Source: Oligoflexales bacterium (lineage in GTDB: Bacteria > Bdellovibrionota_B > Oligoflexia > Oligoflexales > Bog-1112). From it: 64,000 nucleotides of DNA. A program made the position numbers and the translations under genes. The stretch is taken from assembly GCA_045106415.1 (NCBI GenBank), contig JBGCEP010000025.1, forward strand, positions 1 to 64,000, written 5' to 3'. Numbering within the stretch: the stretch's first letter is position 1; each line of letters begins with the position of its first letter. The notes under the pieces are model-generated. The model did no database searches. It was not told the DNA's origin and worked only from the letters and a program-made list of their open reading frames with translations. Positions 11,371 to 21,218 of this stretch are shown here, piece after piece.

Positions 11371-12399
11371 TTACTCTATATCGGAAGCGATTTCTTTAAC
11401 AGCTTGAATCCAGGTATCATTAATGTTGAGTGAGGGTATTAAGATTAAATCAGTACCGCCATGGCTGATGAAATCAGCTTTCGCTCTAATCTCAATTTCT
11501 TCTAAGGTTTCTAAGCAATCAGCAACAAAAGAAGGGCAATAGACAGCAAGTTTTTTAACGTTCTCTTTTGGAAGGTCACTGAGGCGGTTGTCTGTATATG
11601 GTTGGATCCATGGAGTACGGCCGAGTCGAGATTGAAAAGAAACTTCCCAGTCTTTTTCAGTGAGGTTAAGTTCTTTTGCAAGAGCACGTGCTGTCGCGTA
11701 GCATTGAGCTCGATAACATCTTCGATTGGATTTTGTTATGGTGTCACAGCAGTTCGTATTTGAAAAACAATAATCTTTATTGGGTGATTCGTCACTTTTT
11801 CGACAGTGCCGTTCTGGAAGTCCATGAAAGCTGAACATAATTTTATCAGGTTTAAAAGAGTTAAGATGCGACCTTCCTATTTCCGCGAATGCTTTGATGA
11901 AACCTGGGTGTTCATAAAAGTCATGGCGAACTTTGATATCGGGAATATTCCATTGGGTTGAAAGTTCTTGAAAGACTTTTTCGATTGCCGACCCATTAGC
12001 AGCAGAAGAGTACTGTGGAAAAAGAGGCAAGATAGTAAGGCTATCACAACCATCTTTCTGGATGTTTTGTAGAGTCGATTTGATACTGGGGTTTTGATAT
12101 CTCATGGCATAGTAGACACGAGTATCTTTCATATGAGGCTGGATTTTTTCAGCAAGTTTTTTTGTGTAAACCAGTAATGGGGACCCTTCATCTGTCCAAA
12201 TCTGAGAATAAGCTTCAGCTGATTTTTTAGGACGAAAGGGGAGAATAATACAGTGTAGTAAAAACCAGCGTAAAAGTTTAGGGATGTCTAACACTCTAGG
12301 GTCAGATAAGAATTCTTTGAGGTATCGACGGACATCTGCTGTGGAGGTGGAGTCCGGTGTCCCTAGATTGAGAAGAAGTAATGATTTGCGTTTATGCAT
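11371..12399 (-). CDS. hemH: Ferrochelatase
   Basis: LLNLGTP, LPLFPQYS, FSFHGLP, FQSRLG, FVADCLETLEEI. Confidence 0.96.
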   Translation of the reverse strand: MHKRKSLLLLNLGTPDSTSTADVRRYLKEFLSDPRVLDIPKLLRWFLLHCIILPFRPKKSAEAYSQIWTDEGSPLLVYTKKLAEKIQPHMKDTRVYYAMRYQNPSIKSTLQNIQKDGCDSLTILPLFPQYSSAANGSAIEKVFQELSTQWNIPDIKVRHDFYEHPGFIKAFAEIGRSHLNSFKPDKIMFSFHGLPERHCRKSDESPNKDYCFSNTNCCDTITKSNRRCYRAQCYATARALAKELNLTEKDWEVSFQSRLGRTPWIQPYTDNRLSDLPKENVKKLAVYCPSFVADCLETLEEIEIRAKADFISHGGTDLILIPSLNINDTWIQAVKEIASDIE

Positions 12400-12435
12400 A
12401 AAAATGACCCGTATTAATGATACAGGTTATAAGAA

Positions 12436-12466
12436 TACCTCTGGATAGAAAAAGTATCCAGAGGTA
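12436..12466 (-). terminator. Inverted repeat, probable terminator
   Basis: TACCTCTGGATA-7nt-TATCCAGAGGTA, perfect 12-bp stem just after the stop of 12471..14654. Confidence 0.7.
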
Positions 12467-12470
12467 AGTT

Positions 12471-14654
12471 TTAGAAGTCTTGTTTTATCGTTGTCTTGAT
12501 TGTGATTTTTCCTGCTATTGGAACTTTTGATGCTGGAATCGTGATTTTTGATCCTTCGCGTTTGAAGTCAGTAATCGGGTATTCTTCATATAGCACCATC
12601 CATTGGTAACGTTCAGGGTTTGTTATATTTGTTTCGATTGAAAAATCCTCTCTGTAGCGATAACTGATTTGTACCGTATTTCCTTCGTTAGGAAGGCAGT
12701 CGCTTATGTCGAGAGCTTGACCAGATAGTTTAAGTGTTGAAATAGGGCAGCGAGTGGCTTGATTTTCAATATTTAAAACTTTCACTTCTGGGTGCCCTTC
12801 AATGTGGATGTGATCCAATTGAATTGTACTGATATCTTCTTGAGGGTAGCGTAAAACATAACGGATATTTTCTTCTGCGTTTTGAAGAGTAAGAACTTTT
12901 CCATCATAGGTGAAGTCATTATAAAGCTCAGTCCCTTTATAAACCCGAACTTCGTCAGGAAAAGGGGCGTTGACAGAAAATTGTGTGATGAGGTCACCTT
13001 TGCGAGTTTTTTCAAAGTCAATTTTAATGTCTTTTAAGTCATCAGGAGCTGAGTCAAGAGTAATCACTCCTGTCGTACTATTGTATCGGAAATTGGCTTC
13101 ACTGTTATCGACAAGAACCTTAATGTTGTCTTCTTTTAAGTCTTTATCAATTGCAAAATCTTTTTTGAGAGGGATGTCAGCGTTTTTATAGGTGACACGG
13201 ATCTCACTTCCCTCTGCTGGCTGAGTGTCGAAAGTAATCTGGTTGCCAGTAATACTGAAGTCTGTAACGCTGATTCCTGCTCCCCCTGGAGGTGTTATCA
13301 TGACGGACCCTGAACCATCTACAGCATTGTTAATAAGGTTGAAAGTTTTTAAAATAGGTGTAGAACCATAACGATATTGAGCTGTAATGGTTGCGCCACG
13401 TGGAGGAAGGGTTGCAAAAGTTATTGTTTTATCATTGAGGCTGAAGTCGTTGATCTCTGCGCCATTAACAAGCACTTTAAGAGAACCTGCGTCGGGTGTG
13501 TATTGTAGAGCGATACTGTCCTTCAAATCGTCAGAAATATCTTTTGAGATTGCTTTCAAGATATTTGTGTAATCATTTTCGCATATAGATCCTGCTAATC
13601 CACTTGTAAGGGTGATGAGCTGTTGATATTCTTGTCCTGGGTGGCTCTGCTGGGAACATCTAGGTTCGCCAGGAATGCTGAAGATACCATATGTCTTAGC
13701 ATCGACTCCTACTTGGCGAGTGGAACCACCAATTGGTTTGTTTAATAGATTGATGAGATCTTGAGGGCGATGATTGACTCTTGTTGAACAACCGTTCGAA
13801 CCGGTACTGCAATTATCTTCATCTGTGACAAATAAAACAGCAAGATTGGAACCATTTCGAACCCAATTAAAACCGGGGCATAGGAGTGCTCGTGATGCGG
13901 ATGCAATGCCGTGCTCATTGCCACTTCCTCGAATACCAAGTCCTTGAATTTTACTGCTGAAAACACTCTCTGCATTTGAGTCTGTAGACTTAATGAGAGC
14001 TCTATTGCAGGGCTCTGAAATGCTAGTGCTTACGATTGAAATTTGCCAATCTGTATTTTTAACATGACTTAAAAGTTCTGGAAGTTTTGCGGCAATTTTT
14101 GCTTGTTCATCTTTCATAGAACCAGAGTTGTCAACAACTAATAAAATATCTAATAAACCTAGTTTTGATTGTTGAAAGTTTTCTTCGGTGTCTTGTCCTG
14201 TTTGACCTTGCTGAATTAAATCCATTTTTGCAGGTCGATCAATCTGTTTGAATTGTGTTGAAAATTCTTCAGTAATATCAGGGCGAGTTGGAACCATATC
14301 TCCTTGGAGGTAGCCTGCTGAAATACTCAAATCATGTTTAGATGTTTCAGGCACTTCGAAAGATCGTTCTGTTGAAGATGATGAAGATACTTGTTCATTA
14401 GAGTGGCTATTTCCATAGCCGTCGTTATGATCACCATCGCCGTTGCCATCATCACTACCACTGTTTTGGTCTTTGTTTGGTAGTGCTGAGAGTGTTGGCG
14501 AGGCTTCGTTTTGAATACTGGGTGGAGAATCTGTCTTTTCTGCGTCTTCTGAAGATTTTTGTGCTGAGACAGCTCTTGATGTGCTGTCGAATGAAGTTTC
14601 TCCGCATGAAATAATAGCAAAGAGTGATAAAGTTATAGCTATAAATTGCGTCAT
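12471..14654 (-). CDS. vWA-domain surface lipoprotein with repeated beta-sandwich modules
   Basis: Lipobox IISC; MIDAS DILLVVDNSGSM and FVTDED; repeats ITFATLPPRGATITAQY / ITFDTQPAEGSEIRVTY / ITLDSAPDDLKDIKIDF. Confidence 0.8.
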   Translation of the reverse strand: MTQFIAITLSLFAIISCGETSFDSTSRAVSAQKSSEDAEKTDSPPSIQNEASPTLSALPNKDQNSGSDDGNGDGDHNDGYGNSHSNEQVSSSSSTERSFEVPETSKHDLSISAGYLQGDMVPTRPDITEEFSTQFKQIDRPAKMDLIQQGQTGQDTEENFQQSKLGLLDILLVVDNSGSMKDEQAKIAAKLPELLSHVKNTDWQISIVSTSISEPCNRALIKSTDSNAESVFSSKIQGLGIRGSGNEHGIASASRALLCPGFNWVRNGSNLAVLFVTDEDNCSTGSNGCSTRVNHRPQDLINLLNKPIGGSTRQVGVDAKTYGIFSIPGEPRCSQQSHPGQEYQQLITLTSGLAGSICENDYTNILKAISKDISDDLKDSIALQYTPDAGSLKVLVNGAEINDFSLNDKTITFATLPPRGATITAQYRYGSTPILKTFNLINNAVDGSGSVMITPPGGAGISVTDFSITGNQITFDTQPAEGSEIRVTYKNADIPLKKDFAIDKDLKEDNIKVLVDNSEANFRYNSTTGVITLDSAPDDLKDIKIDFEKTRKGDLITQFSVNAPFPDEVRVYKGTELYNDFTYDGKVLTLQNAEENIRYVLRYPQEDISTIQLDHIHIEGHPEVKVLNIENQATRCPISTLKLSGQALDISDCLPNEGNTVQISYRYREDFSIETNITNPERYQWMVLYEEYPITDFKREGSKITIPASKVPIAGKITIKTTIKQDF

Positions 14655-14697
14655 AAAATCTCCATCCAGAGCAATGGCTACATTCGTTCAAGATATC

Positions 14698-14725
14698 CAT
14701 TCGGAAGGAGAGTCACGAGACTTTA
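14698..14725 (-). promoter_or_regulatory. Sigma-28 (FliA)-like promoter of the vWA lipoprotein
   Basis: Minus strand TAAA-N16-TCCGAATG. Confidence 0.5.
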
Positions 14726-14823
14726 GCTTTTTGTGTAACGAGCTGAAATGTAAAGAATCTAAATCTATTGTTGTTGTTGCATCAAATGTGATTTAATGCG
14801 TTTTTGGTGAAAAGGAGAGGGTT

Positions 14824-15681
14824 TTGGAAGCTTTTATAGAATTTTGGCAAGTTTGGCAAAGGCAAATAGTAGGAACTCTTTTTGCTTTTGTGTTTGGAGC
14901 TGCATTTCGTGTTTTGGCTGGGAGAATTATTTATAATATTAAATCTTTAGATCTAGATTCAAAAAGGATATGGGTCATTAGACTTAGAACTTTTCTTCTT
15001 TTTTTAGTTGCTTGTACAGTGGGGTTAATTTGGTTTAATGAGCTCCAAACGATTGCCTTATCTATTGCGGCTGTGAGTGCTGCTATGGCTATTGCAACAA
15101 AAGAGTTTATTCTTGGGTTTTGTGGAACCATGTTAAAAATGACATCAAAATCTTTTGCTCATGGTGATCGTATAGAAGTTCACGGGATTCGAGGTGATGT
15201 CATTGACCAAAGTCTCTTAAGTACAACAGTTCTCGAGGTGGGTCCAGGAGAGTTGACTCATCAATATACCGGGAGATCTGTTGTTATACCTAATCTATTA
15301 TTTTTATTGGAGCCTGTTAAAAATGAGTGTTTTTTCCGCCGTATTGTTTTGCACTCTTTTACGATACCGAGAAAAGTAACTTCGGATTTAAAAAGAGATG
15401 AAGATATTCTTTTGGAAGCTTGCCGCATGGAGTGTCATCAATATTCAAAAGAAGCACAACATCATATGAATAAAACGGCTTCTCGAAAACATCTTCATGC
15501 GATTTCTGTAGAGCCTAGAGTGAATTTAAAGTTTGTATCCACGGAAGAAGTCGACCTTATTGTGCGAGTTGCTGTCCCTCTTCATTTAAGGGGGAAAGTT
15601 GAGAATGCTATACTTCATAGATTTTTAGATGGTTTAAGAAATGATGAAAAAAAAGTTACTGCTCAAAGTCACAATATTTAA
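14824..15681 (+). CDS. Small-conductance mechanosensitive channel family protein
   Basis: TM helices, then FAHGDRIEVHGIRGDV and IPN motif of the MscS family. Confidence 0.88.
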   Translation: MEAFIEFWQVWQRQIVGTLFAFVFGAAFRVLAGRIIYNIKSLDLDSKRIWVIRLRTFLLFLVACTVGLIWFNELQTIALSIAAVSAAMAIATKEFILGFCGTMLKMTSKSFAHGDRIEVHGIRGDVIDQSLLSTTVLEVGPGELTHQYTGRSVVIPNLLFLLEPVKNECFFRRIVLHSFTIPRKVTSDLKRDEDILLEACRMECHQYSKEAQHHMNKTASRKHLHAISVEPRVNLKFVSTEEVDLIVRVAVPLHLRGKVENAILHRFLDGLRNDEKKVTAQSHNI

Positions 15682-15719
15682 AAGGCATATGGATACAATG
15701 AGTATTGGTGTCATTAAAG

Positions 15720-15752
15720 TGAAGACTCTATAAATATTTTATAGAGTCTTCA
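15720..15752. terminator. Inverted repeat between convergent genes
   Basis: TGAAGACTCTATAAA-TAT-TTTATAGAGTCTTCA, perfect 15-bp stem. Confidence 0.7.
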
Positions 15753-15754
15753 TG

Positions 15755-16894
15755 TCATATTGAATTTTCAGAATTGATCTCGCTTAATTTTTTCAGTGGG
15801 TAGCGTAAACTCCACTTCCCATCTTTTTTCTCCCAGATGTCTTTATTTCTAAATTTTTCGACAACTTCCCAGAATTCTTTATCTGTGATGTTATGAAATC
15901 TTAAGAAATCTTGATAATACTCAGATGGAAATTCACCTTGTATTTCATTGACAATATCAACAGCTTCATCCCTAGTGAGGCGCTCTGTCCAAATATCATA
16001 ACAAGTTTGATCGGTTGCTCTCCAAAAACCAAATTTTATATATTTTAGCCAAATGTTAATCTCACATAATTTTTCATCAATATTGTCATAGTCAATATAG
16101 TTTCCAGGAAGAGGGCCTTCAGCGCGAGGGTGAAATCCTCTTTCTTTTACTATTTCATATTGTTTTCGCCCGTCCCAAAATTCATAGTGACCCAGATAAA
16201 TACTATGAATTCCAGCTTCTTTAAGTCGGTCATAGTCAGGATATTCATAGAAAAAAACATCACGAGGATGAATGTCATCATCTAACCAGTCGTGAACAGT
16301 TTTTTGCTTAATGAGATCATTTTTATCAATATCAAGTGCGCTAGGCTTACTGGAAGTATTTTGAATACCTCCGTACTCAAAGGCAATATCTTCACCCCAT
16401 ACGATGAGTGGGACTTCATAAATAAGAGCTGTGTTGACAACGCTTGAAAACATAGAGCAATGTTCACCCCAATTGGGTTCTCCTTGCTGAACAAAACATT
16501 TTTTTCTTATATTTCTATACACACTTGGTTTTAAAGTGATTTTTATGAGATCTACACCCAAGTCTTCAATCATTGTATTTAAATTGTGAATGCCTTCTGT
16601 TGTAGGCAAGTGAGCCCCTAAGCAAACACAAAGGCATTTGAGATCATACCTTTTGGCCATGACGAGAGCTTGATACCAGCTGTTTTTCCCGCCGCTTACA
16701 GGGATAACGCAATCATAAAAAGGGTGTTTTTTCTTTTTAATATCTTCGACGATAAGATCAAGTTCTTTTGCTCTTGCGTCCCAGTCGATATGTTTTTTTT
16801 GCTCTTGGGAGCGGCATGCGTTGCATAGTCCTCTTTCATCAAAAGAAACACCAGGTTTTGTATCAGGCATAACGCATCGATTGCAATATTTCAT
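15755..16894 (-). CDS. N-acetyl sugar amidotransferase (PseA/WbuX-like)
   Basis: CNRCVMPDTKPG, CNAC, YDCVIPVSGGKNS PP-loop, KYIKFGF. Confidence 0.9.
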   Translation of the reverse strand: MKYCNRCVMPDTKPGVSFDERGLCNACRSQEQKKHIDWDARAKELDLIVEDIKKKKHPFYDCVIPVSGGKNSWYQALVMAKRYDLKCLCVCLGAHLPTTEGIHNLNTMIEDLGVDLIKITLKPSVYRNIRKKCFVQQGEPNWGEHCSMFSSVVNTALIYEVPLIVWGEDIAFEYGGIQNTSSKPSALDIDKNDLIKQKTVHDWLDDDIHPRDVFFYEYPDYDRLKEAGIHSIYLGHYEFWDGRKQYEIVKERGFHPRAEGPLPGNYIDYDNIDEKLCEINIWLKYIKFGFWRATDQTCYDIWTERLTRDEAVDIVNEIQGEFPSEYYQDFLRFHNITDKEFWEVVEKFRNKDIWEKKDGKWSLRYPLKKLSEINSENSI

Positions 16895-16898
16895 TTGA

Positions 16899-18179
16899 TT
16901 ACCCCTTCACTGCTTTGAAATTATGATCGTCAATATAAGATCGCCCCATAAGAACATATTGATCTTCTTCGTTTGCTGGCTCTTTTTCTGGAGTTTGAAT
17001 ATATTGGCGAGCATCATTTACATCGAGGCGTGATGCTTCAATCTTTTCTTTGTTAGCATTGATGTCTTCTGATGAAGTTTTCTCCCAGGTCTTATCTCCA
17101 TATTTTTCCCAAGCTTTAGGGTCTCGGAACTGGTCAACATAGTTATGAAAAGCAAGCTCACTCATTCCTGACCATTCTAAAAAAAGTTTTAAACTTTTTT
17201 CAGGTTTGATGTGATCGTAGTTCTTAATAAGGGCGAGTCCTTCTTCTCGAGATAGCCTATTGAGTCGGATATCACGGCAAGCGTGATCTGTTGCTTTGCC
17301 ATACCCAAATTTTAAATATTTAATATAGTCATGAACACCAGCGTTATTCCAACAGAATGTGGTTTCATACTTGTTAAAAGTTCTTTCTTGTTGGGTTGTT
17401 TCATATCCGTATTTTTCAATCATCTGTTCAATTTGCTTTTGAGCATCCCACCTTATAAAGTTTCCTAAATAAAGGCCTCGTACTCGTGACTTCTCGAGTT
17501 GAGCATCAGATGGATATGTAAATGCTTGTAGATCTTTTGATGTGATATCGGAGTCTATATTTAACAGAGAATCTGCATCAAAACCTCTCAAGCCATGTTC
17601 TTTTCTTACTTTTCGAGTCATCTCGACAGAGTCATGATGTGAGAACATGCCGACTTGATCTAGCCACCCATGAACTCCCCAGATAATGAGTGGGATATTC
17701 AAGCGAGTGGCAATTTGTACAGGGAAAGTTTGGCTGCCTGCAAGATAATGCCAATACATATCACCAAGTTCATGCATTGTAATTTGAGTGATTTTTTTAA
17801 TTTTATCAGGACTGACAGTATACTGCATATGATCACAGTCAAGTTCTGTGCATAGTCTAGCAAGATTTCTAACGCCGATTTTGGTATTTGATTGGACATT
17901 ATAAGTAACAAGGAGAGGGTTTAATTTCCATTTATTCTTAATTGTATCCACAATAAAAAAACTGTCTCCACTTCCAGTCACAGGAATGACGCAATCGTAG
18001 TGACTTTTTGGCCTGTTTCTATACCTATCTAGGATCTGGCCAAATTCTTCTTCTTTTTCAGCCCATTCAATCTCATCTTTTTCTTCATGAACTTGACAAC
18101 CGCTACAAACGCCCTCATCGTCAAAAGACAAACCTAAAGGGTGATTTTCGGGGTAGAGGCATCGGTTACAATAATGCAT
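16899..18179 (-). CDS. N-acetyl sugar amidotransferase (second paralog)
   Basis: CNRCLYPENHP, CSGC, YDCVIPVTGSGDS, KYLKFGYGKATDHA. Confidence 0.9.
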   Translation of the reverse strand: MHYCNRCLYPENHPLGLSFDDEGVCSGCQVHEEKDEIEWAEKEEEFGQILDRYRNRPKSHYDCVIPVTGSGDSFFIVDTIKNKWKLNPLLVTYNVQSNTKIGVRNLARLCTELDCDHMQYTVSPDKIKKITQITMHELGDMYWHYLAGSQTFPVQIATRLNIPLIIWGVHGWLDQVGMFSHHDSVEMTRKVRKEHGLRGFDADSLLNIDSDITSKDLQAFTYPSDAQLEKSRVRGLYLGNFIRWDAQKQIEQMIEKYGYETTQQERTFNKYETTFCWNNAGVHDYIKYLKFGYGKATDHACRDIRLNRLSREEGLALIKNYDHIKPEKSLKLFLEWSGMSELAFHNYVDQFRDPKAWEKYGDKTWEKTSSEDINANKEKIEASRLDVNDARQYIQTPEKEPANEEDQYVLMGRSYIDDHNFKAVKG

Positions 18180-18187
18180 AAAAATCC

Positions 18188-19003
18188 TTATAAAGGGCGT
18201 CCTAGGTGATCGAATTGAAAGCTTTCATATTTTACTTGAGTACTGATTCGAATATCAATCCCAACGTACTTAAGGTGTGCTTTTGCCGCAATAGTACTGT
18301 GTTCGGTGTGTTGAAAAATATTTGCAGCAGAGACTGCTTGGCACCCTCCCTGAGTAATAGCTTCGCTAAGGTGATTGACTCTGCCTACTCCCCCGCAGGC
18401 AATAACAGGGATTTGTACAGAATTTGAGACCGTTTTCAATAGATCGATATCATATCCTTTACGAGATCCATCTCGATCAACAGAATTAATGAAAATTTCA
18501 CCAGCTCCGAGTTTTTCAGCTTTATGGCACCATTCTGCAGTATTAAGACCTGTTTTGATTTTTCCACTCCCTATCATGACTTCATATTGATTTGTCTCTT
18601 TTTGCCATTTAGCGTCTACTGAAACAGTGACACCTTGGCTCCCCATTTTATTACGAGCTTGTTCTATGAATTCAGGGTTTTGAATTGCTGCAGTGTTGAT
18701 GCTGATTTTATCTGCGCCTGCATTTAAAACATCACGAATATCATCTATCGTGCTGATTCCTCCACCTATGGTAAGGGGAACAAAGCATTTTTTAGAAACA
18801 GATTCAATGAGATCAAAGCGTGGTTTGTAACCTTTTTTGCTAGCGTCAATATCAAGCATAATAATTTCATCAACATCCCAATCAACAAAAAACTCAATTG
18901 CTGTTTTTAAGTTCCCAATTGGCAAATATCGTTTGAAAAAAAAACTTTGAACAACCATGTCGCCTTTAACTACAATGCATGGAATCAATCTAGTTTTTAA
19001 GAT
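18188..19003 (-). CDS. hisF: HisF-like cyclase subunit (HisF2/AglZ type, glycan acetamidino modification)
   Basis: LKTRLIP, PLTIGGGI, GADKISINT, GAGEI, DRDGSRKGYD, IACGG; context with amidotransferases; start placed at ATC 19003. Confidence 0.88.
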   Translation of the reverse strand: MLKTRLIPCIVVKGDMVVQSFFFKRYLPIGNLKTAIEFFVDWDVDEIIMLDIDASKKGYKPRFDLIESVSKKCFVPLTIGGGISTIDDIRDVLNAGADKISINTAAIQNPEFIEQARNKMGSQGVTVSVDAKWQKETNQYEVMIGSGKIKTGLNTAEWCHKAEKLGAGEIFINSVDRDGSRKGYDIDLLKTVSNSVQIPVIACGGVGRVNHLSEAITQGGCQAVSAANIFQHTEHSTIAAKAHLKYVGIDIRISTQVKYESFQFDHLGRPL

Positions 19004-19629
19004 GACGCACCTCTTTTGGATTGTTCGATAAAATTCTTAAGAACATGCAACCCACTATGATGACTTTTTTCTGGGTGAAATTGCATACCATGGATATGAC
19101 CCTTACGAACTGAAACGGGAAAATCATAGGAATGCCATGATGTTCCCGTTACGTATTTTTTAGGACAGCAAGCATGATAACTATGAACAAAATAAAAAGG
19201 CTTTGCATCACCAAGGCCATCAAAGATTTTATCACCTGAAAAATGGACATCATTCCAGCCCATGTGAGGCACTCTGTGAGGTGCTTTAGCAGAGATTTTT
19301 TCGATATGTCCTTCTATCCAACCTAATCCTTTTTGATCTCCACCTTCACTGGATTTTTCAAATAAAAGTTGCATTCCAAGGCAAATTGCTAGAATAGGAG
19401 TTTTTCTTTCAAGAACAGCTTCATTTAGTGGTTGAATAAGATTTTTCTTTTTAAGGTTCTCCATTGCATCTTTGAAGTAACCAACACCAGGAAGAATCAG
19501 TCTTTCGGCATTTAAAATTTCATTTGCTTTGTCACTAATGAAAATGTTTTCATGAGGAGCAAGGTGATAAAGAGCGTTGAAGACGGATTTCAGGTTACCA
19601 GAACCATAATCAACAATCGTGATACTCAT
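18997..19629 (-). CDS. hisH: HisH-like glutamine amidotransferase
   Basis: DYGSGN, LPGVG, ICLGMQ, PHMGWN, FYFVHSY, QFHPEKS. Confidence 0.92.
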   Translation of the reverse strand: MSITIVDYGSGNLKSVFNALYHLAPHENIFISDKANEILNAERLILPGVGYFKDAMENLKKKNLIQPLNEAVLERKTPILAICLGMQLLFEKSSEGGDQKGLGWIEGHIEKISAKAPHRVPHMGWNDVHFSGDKIFDGLGDAKPFYFVHSYHACCPKKYVTGTSWHSYDFPVSVRKGHIHGMQFHPEKSHHSGLHVLKNFIEQSKRGASS

Positions 19630-19869
19630 AAGAGATACCTTATAATCGTCAATATGTTATCTGCGGTGATAACATGTATTAGAATTGCAATCTCAGGCGA
19701 TATTATCATAGCGTTTGCTTCTCTGCTATGAATCGATCTTTAAGGCTTCATAAAAAACAATAATACGAACTTGATCATTTGTGTAAAAAGTAGATTTAAC
19801 TCTTAATTTTAAGGGTGTTGAATATTTTACGCAAGGGGGTGGTATATGTTGTGGTTATTTGGGGGTTTT

Positions 19870-20394
19870 TCACATTATTTTTTTAAGCATGTTGAGATGT
19901 TTATCCTGAGCGTATTTTTCAAGAACATTATGGATTTTTTTAGGACCAGCCATATCGAAATCAATTGATAAAGAAAGCTGGAGAACTTCACTAAGAATTC
20001 GAGCTACAACTTCACTACAGATCTGACTAATATGACCACTTGCAAAGGGATTTTTTTTTAAAAATAAAAGTCGAGATATTATGATCCCTATAATTTGAAA
20101 AACGCCATACCTCAACCCTGCGTATTGTAGGCGTAGAGTTTTAAAGTGCTCCCACTGCTGCTTATTGAGTTGGAGTGAAAATGAAGAAACCACATGCACT
20201 GGGTGCTGCTCTTGAGCCATTTTACCTAAAAATTTTATTGAAGATCCGGATGCTTCATAGATGAGAGCACCCTCACTTTCTTCTTCCCATTGAAAACGGA
20301 CATGAGAATATGAAGTACATTCAAAAAGCATAATCATAGAGCTTATGAAAGAAAAACCTTGAGGACGAGTGAACTCAACATATAACTTTTTCAT
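19870..20394 (-). CDS. Permuted papain-like (NlpC/P60, YaeF/YiiX-like) protein
   Basis: YSHV...YEAS, G-x-R-Y, and ICSEVV near C-terminus: His before Cys as in the permuted family. Confidence 0.65.
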   Translation of the reverse strand: MKKLYVEFTRPQGFSFISSMIMLFECTSYSHVRFQWEEESEGALIYEASGSSIKFLGKMAQEQHPVHVVSSFSLQLNKQQWEHFKTLRLQYAGLRYGVFQIIGIIISRLLFLKKNPFASGHISQICSEVVARILSEVLQLSLSIDFDMAGPKKIHNVLEKYAQDKHLNMLKKIM

Positions 20395-21089
20395 GTAGAT
20401 CCTTTGGATTTTGAAAAATCAATATGATTGTGCTGTAACCAGTTATGAAAATCTTCTCTATTGATTATTTCTTTATTGCTGTCATACCTCAAAACGAAGT
20501 AATCAGGATTATCTTCAATATGGTCATTTTCCTCGGCGGCTAATAATCCAAAAATACTTAACTTTTGCTGTCCTTTAAGGAAATTAACAGCTCGTGCAAG
20601 GTTGCAAGAAGTGATAAAAGAAGATTCTTGTTTTCCTTTGACTGTCTCAAGGAGAATCATTATTGTTTGATTATGAAATATAGCATCAATAATCATTGGA
20701 GAATGAGATTGATGATGAGATGTTTGTATTTTTCCTTCTTTACGAAAAAAATACTGATCGAAGTAGTGATAGCTTAAACTTTGTATAATTTGTCGTTCAA
20801 ACTGAGCATCATCGGATTCTTTATCTAGATCTTTTTTAATGGTTTTTATTTCTTTTTGAGTTGCGTCAGACAGAATAACTTCTGTTTTACCAGACTTTAT
20901 TGTTGAAACTCGATCTAAAAGTGAAATGATTTTAGTGAAAAGCAATTGAAATTGCTTATAAAATAGAATGCTCATAATAAGTGTGAGAAAAGGCCAAGAG
21001 AAATGAGAAATAGCTTCAATGTTTTTAGATAAACATAAATTCAAAGGAAATTCTCCTTGAAGAAAATTCTGATTATACTCCCTTCTCAT
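20391..21089 (-). CDS. Hypothetical protein with N-terminal TM helix
   Basis: SWPFLTLIMSILF helix; true start may be TTG at 21044 after AAGGAG. Confidence 0.6.
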   Translation of the reverse strand: MRREYNQNFLQGEFPLNLCLSKNIEAISHFSWPFLTLIMSILFYKQFQLLFTKIISLLDRVSTIKSGKTEVILSDATQKEIKTIKKDLDKESDDAQFERQIIQSLSYHYFDQYFFRKEGKIQTSHHQSHSPMIIDAIFHNQTIMILLETVKGKQESSFITSCNLARAVNFLKGQQKLSIFGLLAAEENDHIEDNPDYFVLRYDSNKEIINREDFHNWLQHNHIDFSKSKGST

Positions 21090-21218
21090 CGGAACTTATG
21101 GAGGATAAATCAATCTAACAAAATTAACTTTTTAAATTAGCAGTGAGATTGATTTTTATTACAATAATATAGAGAGGGAAACTTGTAGGATGATCTTCAA
21201 TAATTGAATTTAGTCAAT

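Noticed and set aside
18188..19629. Histidine biosynthesis operon
   Set aside because: No other his genes; coupling to N-acetyl sugar amidotransferases indicates glycan modification
19870..21089. Prophage remnant
   Set aside because: No structural, integrase or replication genes nearby
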